In this document: positions 17,575 through 24,923 of the stretch, one piece after another | Position numbering within the stretch: the first letter of the stretch is position 1 | Layout of the letters: every line of letters starts with the position of its first letter | Virus record (IMG/VR): IMGVR_UViG_3300048855_000214 | Location: 1 to 24,923 of that record | Length of the DNA stretch: 24,923 nucleotides | Source: a virus | Lineage: Duplodnaviria > Caudoviricetes | Strand: one strand, 5' to 3' | Position numbers and translations under genes: made by a program | The notes under the pieces: model-generated | Told to the model about the DNA's origin: nothing | What the model saw: only the letters and a program-made list of their open reading frames with translations | Databases searched by the model: none

Positions 17575-17590
17575 CTGTACGGATATACAG
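17575..17590. promoter_or_regulatory. LexA (SOS) box
   Basis: CTGTACGGATATACAG immediately before the AAGGAGG RBS. Confidence 0.82.
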
Positions 17591-17607
17591 CTAAAAAGGA
17601 GGAGTGT

Positions 17608-17922
17608 ATGGCCCAGCACAAGATGTCGACGTCACAACAGCGCCAGGAGATTACAGGGATCGAGCGGCTTGGCTTGAGGGTATCGGCGATGATCAATCAC
17701 CCGATTGCGCAGACGCAGCGATGGGTGAGGATTCATCGGCTGGATACGGATGGCGACCAGGAGTGGGAGGCCGTCATGGAGCTGCTGTCCGACACGGATG
17801 AGCTGGACATGGTTTTTCATGACGACGGTACGGTGATGCTGAGATGGGAACGCGCTACTGATCAAGACCAGGTCGTGAATCAGGAAGAGGTAGCTGCCAT
17901 AAGTGCAGCCCCGCCGTTCTGA
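17608..17922 (+). CDS. DUF1654-like protein
   Basis: ERLGLRVS.MIN.P.AQ..RWV.IHRLD.DGD.EW pattern; strong RBS; lies next to the repressor. Confidence 0.75.
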   Translation: MAQHKMSTSQQRQEITGIERLGLRVSAMINHPIAQTQRWVRIHRLDTDGDQEWEAVMELLSDTDELDMVFHDDGTVMLRWERATDQDQVVNQEEVAAISAAPPF

Positions 17923-18024
17923 ATTGCTACTGCGCATCAGCCGAAGGAGCGGCGGTCACCGCGCATTTACTACAAGGGTAGTGGCCGCAGCGGAGCAACG
18001 GTCGCAAAGAGCTGCGCAGGGTCT

Positions 18025-18870
18025 TCAGACCTTTCGCGCGTTCCAGACCAGAAGCACCTTGGCATGAATCGTTACGTCCTCGACCCGGGCGGGTTGATTG
18101 TCGTAATGCGGGCTGTCGGAGATCAGCCTGAAGTGTTCGGCATCGATCATCTGCAGACGCTTGATGTACAGCAGATCGAGCCAGGTAATGACATAGATGC
18201 CTTCACCGACAAACTCGTTGACGCCCCGATCAACGATCACCGGGTCCTTGTCATTGATCGTGCCTTCCATGCTCTGGCCCCAGCCCGTTATGACCGCCAG
18301 CGCCGCCGACGACGTGTAGGTCACACCTTTCTCGCGCAGCACTTCCTCTCGCACGATGAGGTTGCGGATGGCTTCGTTGTAATCAGCCGGCACCTGGCCG
18401 TGACCCATTGCGCCACGGATATCGTATTGCGGAATGAGTATTTCGTCGTTGCGTGCGCGGACTGAACCGCTGATCACTGTTTCGGCGGCGGCATCAGGTT
18501 CGGCTGCGGCGGCAACGATCCGGCGACGGGCTTCGGCGGAAAGCCCACGGCCATGCTGCGCGAGCATCTGGCGAACCAGATCCGCCGAGGAAGAGCCGTG
18601 CTCAGGCCCCGACGACACGCGAGCGGAGTTCGACCGGCCTGTTTCCGATTCGAGCGGCGCTTCCCGCAGATCCAGCAAGAGCTCGGACTTGTCGACGCGC
18701 AACGCTGTTGCCATGGCCTCGATGTCCGCGAACGAAGGCTCCCTGGAGTCGGCCTCGTAATTGCCAATCCGCGATTGCGACTTCCAGCCGCAAGCCTCGG
18801 CTAGCTGAGCCTGGGACATCTGCGCGATTTTTCTCAAACGCTTGATGCGCTTGCCAATTGATTCATTCAT
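18025..18870 (-). CDS. cI: CI-like repressor (XRE HTH plus S24 autopeptidase)
   Basis: N-terminal HTH (SQAQLAEACGWKSQSRIGNYE); GAMGHG cleavage region; GQSM Ser and IKRL Lys catalytic motifs. Confidence 0.92.
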   Translation of the reverse strand: MNESIGKRIKRLRKIAQMSQAQLAEACGWKSQSRIGNYEADSREPSFADIEAMATALRVDKSELLLDLREAPLESETGRSNSARVSSGPEHGSSSADLVRQMLAQHGRGLSAEARRRIVAAAAEPDAAAETVISGSVRARNDEILIPQYDIRGAMGHGQVPADYNEAIRNLIVREEVLREKGVTYTSSAALAVITGWGQSMEGTINDKDPVIVDRGVNEFVGEGIYVITWLDLLYIKRLQMIDAEHFRLISDSPHYDNQPARVEDVTIHAKVLLVWNARKV

Positions 18871-18882
18871 GCGCCGGATTCA

Positions 18883-18947
18883 ATCACGAAATGAAATACC
18901 CGGCTTTCACTTATTGTGTTTACATATATCACGTACCGTGTTTTAGT
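18883..18947. promoter_or_regulatory. OR-like operator array and PR-like promoter
   Basis: ATCAC-N5-GAAAT (18883), TTCAC-N5-GTGTT (18906) and ATCAC-N5-GTGTT (18928); TTTACA-17-TTTAGT at 18919-18947. Confidence 0.7.
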
Positions 18948-18975
18948 GAGCGCGTCGTTCACCAGGACTGAGTCT

Positions 18976-19278
18976 ATGAACCTCGTTCGCTCGATTCGCA
19001 AACACGCTGGCATTACACAGGCCGAACTGCGCCGCGCTCTGGGCTGGAATCAGTCGCGAGTGGCCAATTATGAATCTGGCCTGCGCCGTCCTGGGCTGAG
19101 CGACGCTCGGCAGATCGTCGCCGCGCTGAATCTCCTGGGCGCCCGGTGCAGCCTTGATGACGTATTTCCCCCCGCTCGCAGGTCGGAACAGCCCGACCCT
19201 GAACGTCTGAGCCCATCACGCCCTGCGGGACAACCGACCGCGCCTGTGCAGGCGGAAGGAGGTTCGATGATGACCTGA
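18976..19278 (+). CDS. cro: Cro-like HTH protein, 100 aa
   Basis: Divergent from cI; HTH TQAELRRALGWNQSRVANYESG has a recognition helix like that of CI; AGGA RBS. Confidence 0.85.
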   Translation: MNLVRSIRKHAGITQAELRRALGWNQSRVANYESGLRRPGLSDARQIVAALNLLGARCSLDDVFPPARRSEQPDPERLSPSRPAGQPTAPVQAEGGSMMT

Positions 19279-19313
19279 TCAATGATCCCGAGCCACGCAC
19301 CTGAATCGCAGGC

Positions 19314-19345
19314 AAAAAAAAGCCGGGGCGCAATCCCGGCTCTTT
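19314..19345. terminator. Hairpin after cro (tR1-like or antisense terminator)
   Basis: A8-GCCGGG...CCCGGC-TCTTT. Confidence 0.55.
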
Positions 19346-19379
19346 CAACAGCATTCGACGCAACACTGTGAGGCCGATT

Positions 19380-19934
19380 ATGCATACGCCATTGACCGAA
19401 GTACAGGACCTCAACCAACCCCCGGTTTCCGATGACCCTTTCGCCCACCTGGCTCGCAAAAGGTCGTGCGGCAGGTTATCGCGCCGTGACTTCATTGCGC
19501 TGATAGACATGGCCATCAGCGCCGAGCGCGCCCGGATGCAACTGGCAGAGCAGGTCAGGATGCAGGCCGCGAAGATTGAGCGCCTCGAAAACCTGTTCAA
19601 GAAAGGTGTGACAGCGTCGCAGTTCTGCAAGGGGCTGAACGGGGTCAACGCAAGGCAAGTGAACGCGTTTCTCAAAGGCCGGAACTGGCTCTACAACGAG
19701 AGCAGATCCGCCGTGCGCTGGCGGGTCACGTCCTACGCTCGTGACAGCTACATGACCGAGCACCAAGTGGAAATTACCCCGCACGGCAAGCAGCCTTTTG
19801 TCTGCTACACCCCCGTCTTGCTGCGCAAGGGTGCCGTGCGGTTGTACGAAATGTATATGAACGGCGAACTGCCGATGAAAAAGAACTGGGACGGTTCGTT
19901 CAGCCATGACAAGGCAGACAGGGAGGACGCGTGA
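19380..19934 (+). CDS. Phage antirepressor (KilAC-like C-terminal domain)
   Basis: Coiled coil followed by QFCKGLNGVN..QVN.FL...NWLY...WRV.SYARD.Y; GTGAGG RBS. Confidence 0.7.
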   Translation: MHTPLTEVQDLNQPPVSDDPFAHLARKRSCGRLSRRDFIALIDMAISAERARMQLAEQVRMQAAKIERLENLFKKGVTASQFCKGLNGVNARQVNAFLKGRNWLYNESRSAVRWRVTSYARDSYMTEHQVEITPHGKQPFVCYTPVLLRKGAVRLYEMYMNGELPMKKNWDGSFSHDKADREDA

Positions 19935-20704
19935 TGGCTCGCATTCGTACGATAAAACCCGAATTCTGGTCGAGCGAGCAGGTGATGGCTTGCCGTCCAC
20001 TGGCACGGTTGCTGTTCATCGGGCTGTGGAATTTCTGCGACGACGGTGGCAATCACCCGCTTGCGCCAAGAACCATCAAGGCTCTGGTGTTCCCCGGCGA
20101 CGATATCAGCGCGGAGGAGGTCGGCGAGTTGCTGAGCGAACTCGAAGGCGCGGGTCTGACCCAGACCTACCAGGCGGACGGTAAGCACTACTTGCACGTG
20201 CTGGGCTGGAGGCACCAGAAGATCGAGAAGAAAAGCTTCAAGTACCCGGCTCCGCCATCGGCAATCGTCGACACCACGGCAAGCGATGGCCGAGCAGTCG
20301 ACGAGTATTCGACGACCGATCGCCACACGCCAGGGCACGTAAGGGAAGGGGAACGGACGGGAGAACACACTACACAACGCGCGACGCCGCCGGCAGCCGA
20401 TTCCAGGGCCGTCTGCGAAATGACGCTCGACTGGGTTCCCGATTCCGGCCTGCTGCGCAGTTATGCCCTACGCATGTCGATTCCCGTCGAGCATTTCACC
20501 CAGGCAACAACCGCGGCATTCGTTTGCCACTACTCGGCATCAGGTCGACTCGAAACCCAAGCCGCCTGGGTCAGCCTGCTGGTGAAATGGGTCAAGCGGG
20601 ATCAGGCCGCCGCCAGCAACGTTCGCCATTTCCCACGCAAGCCGCAGGTCCGGGTTCCGGACTTCGACGATGACACGTGGGCCGAAGATCTGGGGGCATT
20701 GTGA
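19934..20704 (+). CDS. Phage replication initiator (O-analogue) with DnaT-like C-terminal domain
   Basis: MARIRTIKPEFW...ARLLFIGLWNFCDD.G N-terminus; MTLDW.P...F..HY.....TQ..W...LV C-terminus. Confidence 0.8.
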   Translation: MARIRTIKPEFWSSEQVMACRPLARLLFIGLWNFCDDGGNHPLAPRTIKALVFPGDDISAEEVGELLSELEGAGLTQTYQADGKHYLHVLGWRHQKIEKKSFKYPAPPSAIVDTTASDGRAVDEYSTTDRHTPGHVREGERTGEHTTQRATPPAADSRAVCEMTLDWVPDSGLLRSYALRMSIPVEHFTQATTAAFVCHYSASGRLETQAAWVSLLVKWVKRDQAAASNVRHFPRKPQVRVPDFDDDTWAEDLGAL

Positions 20705-21372
20705 TGAAAAACCTGAGCGATGTAATCGCCAGCCTGACCGACATGCCGCAAGCAGCCCCCCCCCAGCCAGACGTTGATAGCCACGCCGCAGCCGTCGTGA
20801 ATGCCCTTTTCAAGGAACTGCAGGCCATCTTCCCTGCGTGGCGCCAGGCCTGGCCCGACGACGCCACGCTCAAAGCGGCCAAGCGCAGCTGGATCAAGGC
20901 TTTCATGGCTCAAGGCATCAGGCGGATCGAACAGGTCCGCTATGGCGTGGAGAACTGCCGCAGGCTGCAGACGCCTTTCGTACCCTGCGTAGGAGAATTC
21001 GTCTCCCTGTGCCAGCCAACGCCGGAAGCGCTGGGTGTGCCGTCACATGACGCCGCATTCGCTGAAGCCGTGGCCAACGCGCACCCGGGCATGAGCGGGC
21101 GACGCACCTGGTCGCACCAGGCGGTTTACCACGCAGCTGCGCAATGTGGTTTTGATGCGCTGGCTCGCATGTCGGCTGACGTCAGCCGAAGGCTGTTCGA
21201 GCGCAATTACGAAATTACGTTGCGCCTGCTGCTCAACGGCACGCCGCTGCGGAGCATCCCGCTCGCGCTGCCGGCGCGGGCCGAAGGACGCCGGACACCA
21301 GAGGTCGGTCAGCGAGCGCTCGCCGAGTTGCGCAAAGGAATGCGGTCAACGACCGCCAGGGGGGCTGCATGA
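20704..21372 (+). CDS. Replication protein P (lambda P-like helicase loader)
   Basis: LF.ELQAIFPAW, AKRSW..AF...GI...EQV..G...CR....F.P..GEF...C and WSH.AVY motifs; TGATG coupling. Confidence 0.85.
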   Translation: MKNLSDVIASLTDMPQAAPPQPDVDSHAAAVVNALFKELQAIFPAWRQAWPDDATLKAAKRSWIKAFMAQGIRRIEQVRYGVENCRRLQTPFVPCVGEFVSLCQPTPEALGVPSHDAAFAEAVANAHPGMSGRRTWSHQAVYHAAAQCGFDALARMSADVSRRLFERNYEITLRLLLNGTPLRSIPLALPARAEGRRTPEVGQRALAELRKGMRSTTARGAA

Positions 21373-21962
21373 TGAAGCTGAATTCAGCACGCCGTGCCTG
21401 GCATGACGCTTTCTATAACCCAGGCGGCGGCCTGGCGGCGCAGATCGAGCGGATCGGCAGGCTCGGTTGCAATGTCCAGACCACCGCCAGGCGCGCGGGC
21501 AGCGGGCGCGCCGCGCATCAATCCGTGGCGGCGCGGATCCAGCAGACGATCTCCGCATTGCCCCAACGTCTGCAGGCGTTCGGCAACTTCATGTACAGCC
21601 CGATAGCCACGGTCGACGAGCAGGAACAGGTCGAGGAACTGGTGTTTTACCTGGCTTATGAGTCGGGGCCAAGGATGACTGCGCGCAAGTACGACAAGGC
21701 ACGCTACGTGGCCCGGGCAATCGTGTTCCGCTACCGGCGGATCAACCAGGGAGGGCAGGGCGCGGGGCTGGACCCGTTGCCAAGCGTGGAGCTGATGCGC
21801 AAATGGATACTGGACAGTTTTGGCGTCGCCTTGCCAGGTGATCAATGGGCCCGCGATTGGAGCGGTTTCGTTCAGCACTGCTTCGCCGCATGCGACAGGC
21901 TGGACAGCGAAGCCCTGGCCGCCGTGTCACGTGCCATCAATTTGATGAACGAGGTGGCTTGA
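21369..21962 (+). CDS. Putative late-gene antiterminator (Q position)
   Basis: Last delayed-early gene, directly before a TTGACG promoter element, terminators and holins; function inferred from synteny. Confidence 0.6.
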   Translation: MMKLNSARRAWHDAFYNPGGGLAAQIERIGRLGCNVQTTARRAGSGRAAHQSVAARIQQTISALPQRLQAFGNFMYSPIATVDEQEQVEELVFYLAYESGPRMTARKYDKARYVARAIVFRYRRINQGGQGAGLDPLPSVELMRKWILDSFGVALPGDQWARDWSGFVQHCFAACDRLDSEALAAVSRAINLMNEVA

Positions 21963-22050
21963 CGTTTTGTCGGCGTTAAGTCAGTCTTTCGCCATATCGA
22001 GTATTTTGCCTACGGCAACTTGCTCTACCAGACTCAGCATTCAGTCCATG

Positions 22051-22080
22051 AAAACCCCCGCCATCCAGCGGGGGTTTTTT
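22051..22080 (+). terminator. tR'-like terminator
   Basis: AAAACCCCCGC...GCGGGGGTTTTTT. Confidence 0.82.
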
Positions 22081-22125
22081 ATGCCTGCCGTAAATCAGAG
22101 CCGTACATGAGATAGCCCTATTCGA

Positions 22126-22152
22126 AAAAGCCTCGACCTGTTCGGGGCTTTT
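22126..22152 (+). terminator. Second late-leader terminator
   Basis: AAAAGCCTCGA...TCGGGGCTTTT. Confidence 0.65.
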
Positions 22153-22189
22153 GCGTTGTTGTGAATCAAACTTTTCGCAGGGAGTGCTT

Positions 22190-22603
22190 ATGAGCGCAGA
22201 AACAACACCCGGCGCCCTTTTGAGCAGTGCAACCGGTGGGGGAGATGTGGCCATTGCGGCCTATCTGTTCTCATTCGATCACGGCATGGCGTTGGCGGCG
22301 ATTGGCGGCTGCTGTTTTTTTCTGGGTGCCTCCGCCGCTTTACCCTGGAGCACGCGCATTTTCTATGCGATGGGCTCCTGCATCATCGGTTACATGTTCG
22401 GAATAATGATGCTCAGCCTCCTGTCCTACAACGGCGCGGCGTCCTTGCTGGCATGCATTACATCTGCACTGGCGTCGTGGATCTTCGGCTCGCTCAAGCG
22501 TTGGGCTGACGGCGGACCACGGCCTGACTGGGTGGACTGGTTTGCGACCTTGGCAAAAGGCTTTTTGCCGGCCTTCATGAAGCGAGGAAAGCGCGATGAT
22601 TGA
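22190..22603 (+). CDS. Putative holin (multi-TM)
   Basis: GGAG RBS before ATG 22190; several hydrophobic helices; basic C-terminus. Confidence 0.7.
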   Translation: MSAETTPGALLSSATGGGDVAIAAYLFSFDHGMALAAIGGCCFFLGASAALPWSTRIFYAMGSCIIGYMFGIMMLSLLSYNGAASLLACITSALASWIFGSLKRWADGGPRPDWVDWFATLAKGFLPAFMKRGKRDD

Positions 22604-22946
22604 TCTCCCCGAATGGATTCACAGCTGCGCCATCTGGCTCGATGACGTCATCCCCGACGTTTTGCTGAGTACGCGCGGCGTCTGTCACCTGCTGATTTTC
22701 CTGGTGGTGGCGGGCTACAAGAGCGGCAACGCCAGACATCGCAAGACCGTCGGCATCATTGCCGCGACCTTCGCCGGGGCAAACGCTGCCGAGGCCTATC
22801 GGGTGGCGGTCAATTTCACGCAGTTTTCCGCAGTGGTGCAGCCGCCGCTCACCCTGGTGATGCTGTGTGTCCTGTTCTTCGTGATCTACGCGCGGGGCAA
22901 CGTGGCCCGCATGCTGCCGCGTCATCGAACCGATCTGTTCCATTGA
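22596..22946 (+). CDS. Phage holin-family membrane protein
   Basis: Three hydrophobic segments; Y..G.ARHR and RGNVAR motifs; overlaps the upstream gene. Confidence 0.75.
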   Translation: MIDLPEWIHSCAIWLDDVIPDVLLSTRGVCHLLIFLVVAGYKSGNARHRKTVGIIAATFAGANAAEAYRVAVNFTQFSAVVQPPLTLVMLCVLFFVIYARGNVARMLPRHRTDLFH

Positions 22947-22970
22947 GTCTTGATTACATACCCATTCAAT

Positions 22971-22994
22971 GCCCGCCCCGCGCGGGCTTTTTTT
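22971..22994 (+). terminator. Intrinsic terminator between holin and endolysin
   Basis: GCCCGC...GCGGGC followed by T7. Confidence 0.72.
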
Positions 22995-23012
22995 CATCTG
23001 GAGGAAACCCGC

Positions 23013-23501
23013 ATGCCGGTAATTTGCGAGCAGGTGGCTGGTTGCAGAAATGTTCTGGCCTTCCTGGACATGATCGCCTTCTCGGAAGGTACTTCAACCG
23101 TGAAAGGAAGCGATAACGGCTACAACGTGCTGTATGGCGGCGGCCTGTTCCAGAGTTATCTGGACCACCCGCGGCAGCGCCTGACCTTTCCCATAAACGG
23201 CAAGCCAGTCACCAGTACGGCCGCCGGGCGCTATCAGTTGCTGGAGCGCTACTGGGACGCCTATCGCACCAGCCTGCGGCTGCAGGGAGGCTACACGCCG
23301 GAAAATCAGGACCGCATCGCGCTCCAGCAGATCCGCGAACGCCGGGCGCTTGAAGACATCAAGGCCGGGCGCATCACCCATGCCATCGGCAAATGCGCGA
23401 ACATCTGGGCCAGCTTCCCCGGCAACAACTACGGCCAGAACCCGCATCAGGCGGAAAAGCTGCTTGCCTTTTATGCCGCTGTCGGCGGGGCATTCGCATG
23501 A
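23013..23501 (+). CDS. Endolysin, lambda R-like, copy 2 (162 aa)
   Basis: GGAGG RBS; same motifs as copy 1; 23 differences in 162 aa by manual count. Confidence 0.92.
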   Translation: MPVICEQVAGCRNVLAFLDMIAFSEGTSTVKGSDNGYNVLYGGGLFQSYLDHPRQRLTFPINGKPVTSTAAGRYQLLERYWDAYRTSLRLQGGYTPENQDRIALQQIRERRALEDIKAGRITHAIGKCANIWASFPGNNYGQNPHQAEKLLAFYAAVGGAFA

Positions 23502-24007
23502 TCGCCCTGGCCAAGGCAGTCCCGCTCTGGGCATGGGCGGTCATCGCGCTGATTGCGCTGCTGGGCGGGGCGCTTGTCTTCCAGACGCTGGCTTTGGCCG
23601 ACGCGCGCGCCGAGCATGCGAGCTACATCGCCAGGGTCGAAAAGGCAGCGAGGGACGCCATGGATGCGGCGCGTCGGGAAGAGTCGCGGCGTCAACAGGT
23701 GATCAACGAGGTTCGAAATGATGCGCAAGTTCAGATCAAGAATGCGGATGATGACGCTGCTGTGGCCGTCGCTACTGCTGACAGCCTGCAGCACCGGATC
23801 GATCAGCTGCTTGCCGACCGAGCCGCCTGCAGTGCCCGAATTGCCCGCGGAAGCGAGACAATCCGTGACCTCACCCTTGTGCTTGCCGACTTGCGCCGCC
23901 GGGCTGACGAGAGAGCGGGAGAGCTGGCGCGAATTGCTGATGCAAGTCGAATAGCCGGGCAGGCATGCGAAAGGGCCTACGACGGGCTGGCCAGCTCAGC
24001 CCGTTGA
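23498..24007 (+). CDS. Rz-like i-spanin (DUF2514-like), copy 2
   Basis: ATGA overlap with the endolysin; homologous to 12082-12615. Confidence 0.85.
   Translation: MIALAKAVPLWAWAVIALIALLGGALVFQTLALADARAEHASYIARVEKAARDAMDAARREESRRQQVINEVRNDAQVQIKNADDDAAVAVATADSLQHRIDQLLADRAACSARIARGSETIRDLTLVLADLRRRADERAGELARIADASRIAGQACERAYDGLASSAR
23718..23954 (+). CDS. Rz1-like o-spanin lipoprotein embedded in Rz, copy 2
   Basis: GAGG RBS; LLLTAC lipobox; Pro-rich; homologous to copy 1. Confidence 0.75.
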   Translation: MMRKFRSRMRMMTLLWPSLLLTACSTGSISCLPTEPPAVPELPAEARQSVTSPLCLPTCAAGLTRERESWRELLMQVE

Positions 24008-24056
24008 GTCGAAGTGGGCGCTGAAATAGCCAGAAGTACGGGCCCTGGTGGTGCTG

Positions 24057-24923
24057 TCAGCCGGTTACCACGGTTCCGTTGATAAAGACTTCGCGGCGAG
24101 CGCGTCTGCTGATGATTTCGTGCTTGGCCAGCAGGTAGACAGCGTCGAAACGCTCTCTATCTACCATGTAATGACCGGCCAGTTCCTCATACACAAGCTG
24201 GTCATAGCGAGCTTCCGTGATGAACCGATAGAGCTCTCGGCGATAGAAGAACCCCAACTGAAAACCGAGCGTTTCACAGACGTGTTTTCGAGGGCGGCTC
24301 AAGAAGCAGTTTTCCAGATCGATCGCTTTATGGCTTCGCTTCGGGTCCAGGCTGACCATGACATTGTTTGCCCAGAAGTCCATATGCGTCAGGTTCCTTG
24401 CGTGCAAATCTCGAAGCAGCCGGAACGCCAGGCGAATGAAATCTTCAACATCATTATCGGGGCTCTGAATCCAGTCCATGCCGTTGACGTGAGAGGCGAG
24501 CAGCTCGGTAAAGATGAAGAACTCCTCGGTAACGCCAATTGCCGATTTGCTGTAGCCAAAGCCGGTCAGATGGGCGACAGGCGCGCCACGCTTCTGCGCT
24601 TCCAGAGTATTGATGACTTCTTCGAGGGGCCAGTCGAACATCCCGTCGCGTTTGGCGCGCCAGAGCGTGACGCGGATCCTGGGACGCAGATTGTCCAGCG
24701 GCTGAGACTTGGCGAAAACTTCGTGTTCCAGACCGGCCAGCGGAGCACTGACTCGCTCAAGCTTTCTGTGTCGACTGTGACGACGGGCTTCGATCAAGTG
24801 GGCAAAGGCACTCTCGGCCCCAAGAGCTGGCGGTTTCGCCAGATGCAATTTCGCGTTGAGATGCCTGAACGTCGACGGAAAGTGTTGAACGATATCCCTG
24901 CCAGCAAACATATGAAACGCCAT
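24057..24923 (-). CDS. Lipopolysaccharide kinase-like protein (Kdo/WaaP/InaA family); start at the window edge is uncertain
   Basis: LH...LTHMDFWANN catalytic loop and IDLE metal-binding motif. Confidence 0.75.
   Translation of the reverse strand: MAFHMFAGRDIVQHFPSTFRHLNAKLHLAKPPALGAESAFAHLIEARRHSRHRKLERVSAPLAGLEHEVFAKSQPLDNLRPRIRVTLWRAKRDGMFDWPLEEVINTLEAQKRGAPVAHLTGFGYSKSAIGVTEEFFIFTELLASHVNGMDWIQSPDNDVEDFIRLAFRLLRDLHARNLTHMDFWANNVMVSLDPKRSHKAIDLENCFLSRPRKHVCETLGFQLGFFYRRELYRFITEARYDQLVYEELAGHYMVDRERFDAVYLLAKHEIISRRARREVFINGTVVTG

Larger units (their letters stand above)
16138..24007. mobile_element. Reduced lambdoid prophage-derived module (immunity, replication, Q-position gene, lysis; no morphogenesis or intact integrase)
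   Basis: Lambda-like gene order with contiguous coupled ORFs; only 66 bp separate the holin and the endolysin. Confidence 0.85.

Noticed and set aside
16138-24007. Tailocin (R/F pyocin) locus or classical PICI/P4 satellite
   Set aside because: No tail genes, so not a tailocin; no integrase, primase or capsid-size/terS genes, and it has its own lysis cassette, unlike classical satellites.
1-24923. CRISPR array, IS element or rRNA
   Set aside because: No regularly spaced repeats, transposase motifs or rRNA-like sequence seen.

Overview
GC-rich, Pseudomonas-like DNA with three parts. (1) 1-14297 is the right end of a temperate, probably podovirus-like prophage. It carries DNA-ejection proteins, a more AT-rich cargo block with a HEPN gene pair, tail/fibre genes, an antisense DUF2971 moron, a lambda-R-type endolysin with Rz/Rz1 spanins and a LexA-boxed gene. 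It ends at a 47-bp 3' fragment of tRNA-Pro(GGG) (attR). (2) 14.3-16.1 kb holds small accessory genes, including a hexapeptide acetyltransferase. (3) About 16.1-24.0 kb is a compact lambdoid-derived module with apparently intact ORFs. It keeps the switch (cI/cro with matching OL/OR operators), an antirepressor, replication O/P-like genes, a Q-position gene, late terminators, two holins, an endolysin and spanins. It has no terminase, capsid, tail or intact integrase genes. The first gene downstream of its repressor-controlled PL-like promoter is a signal-peptide-less PL7 (alginate-lyase-like) enzyme. This 'virion-less amplify-and-lyse' module is the best candidate for an undescribed system. The window ends in a host-type LPS-kinase-like gene. 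All family assignments come from motif recognition by eye, not from database searches.
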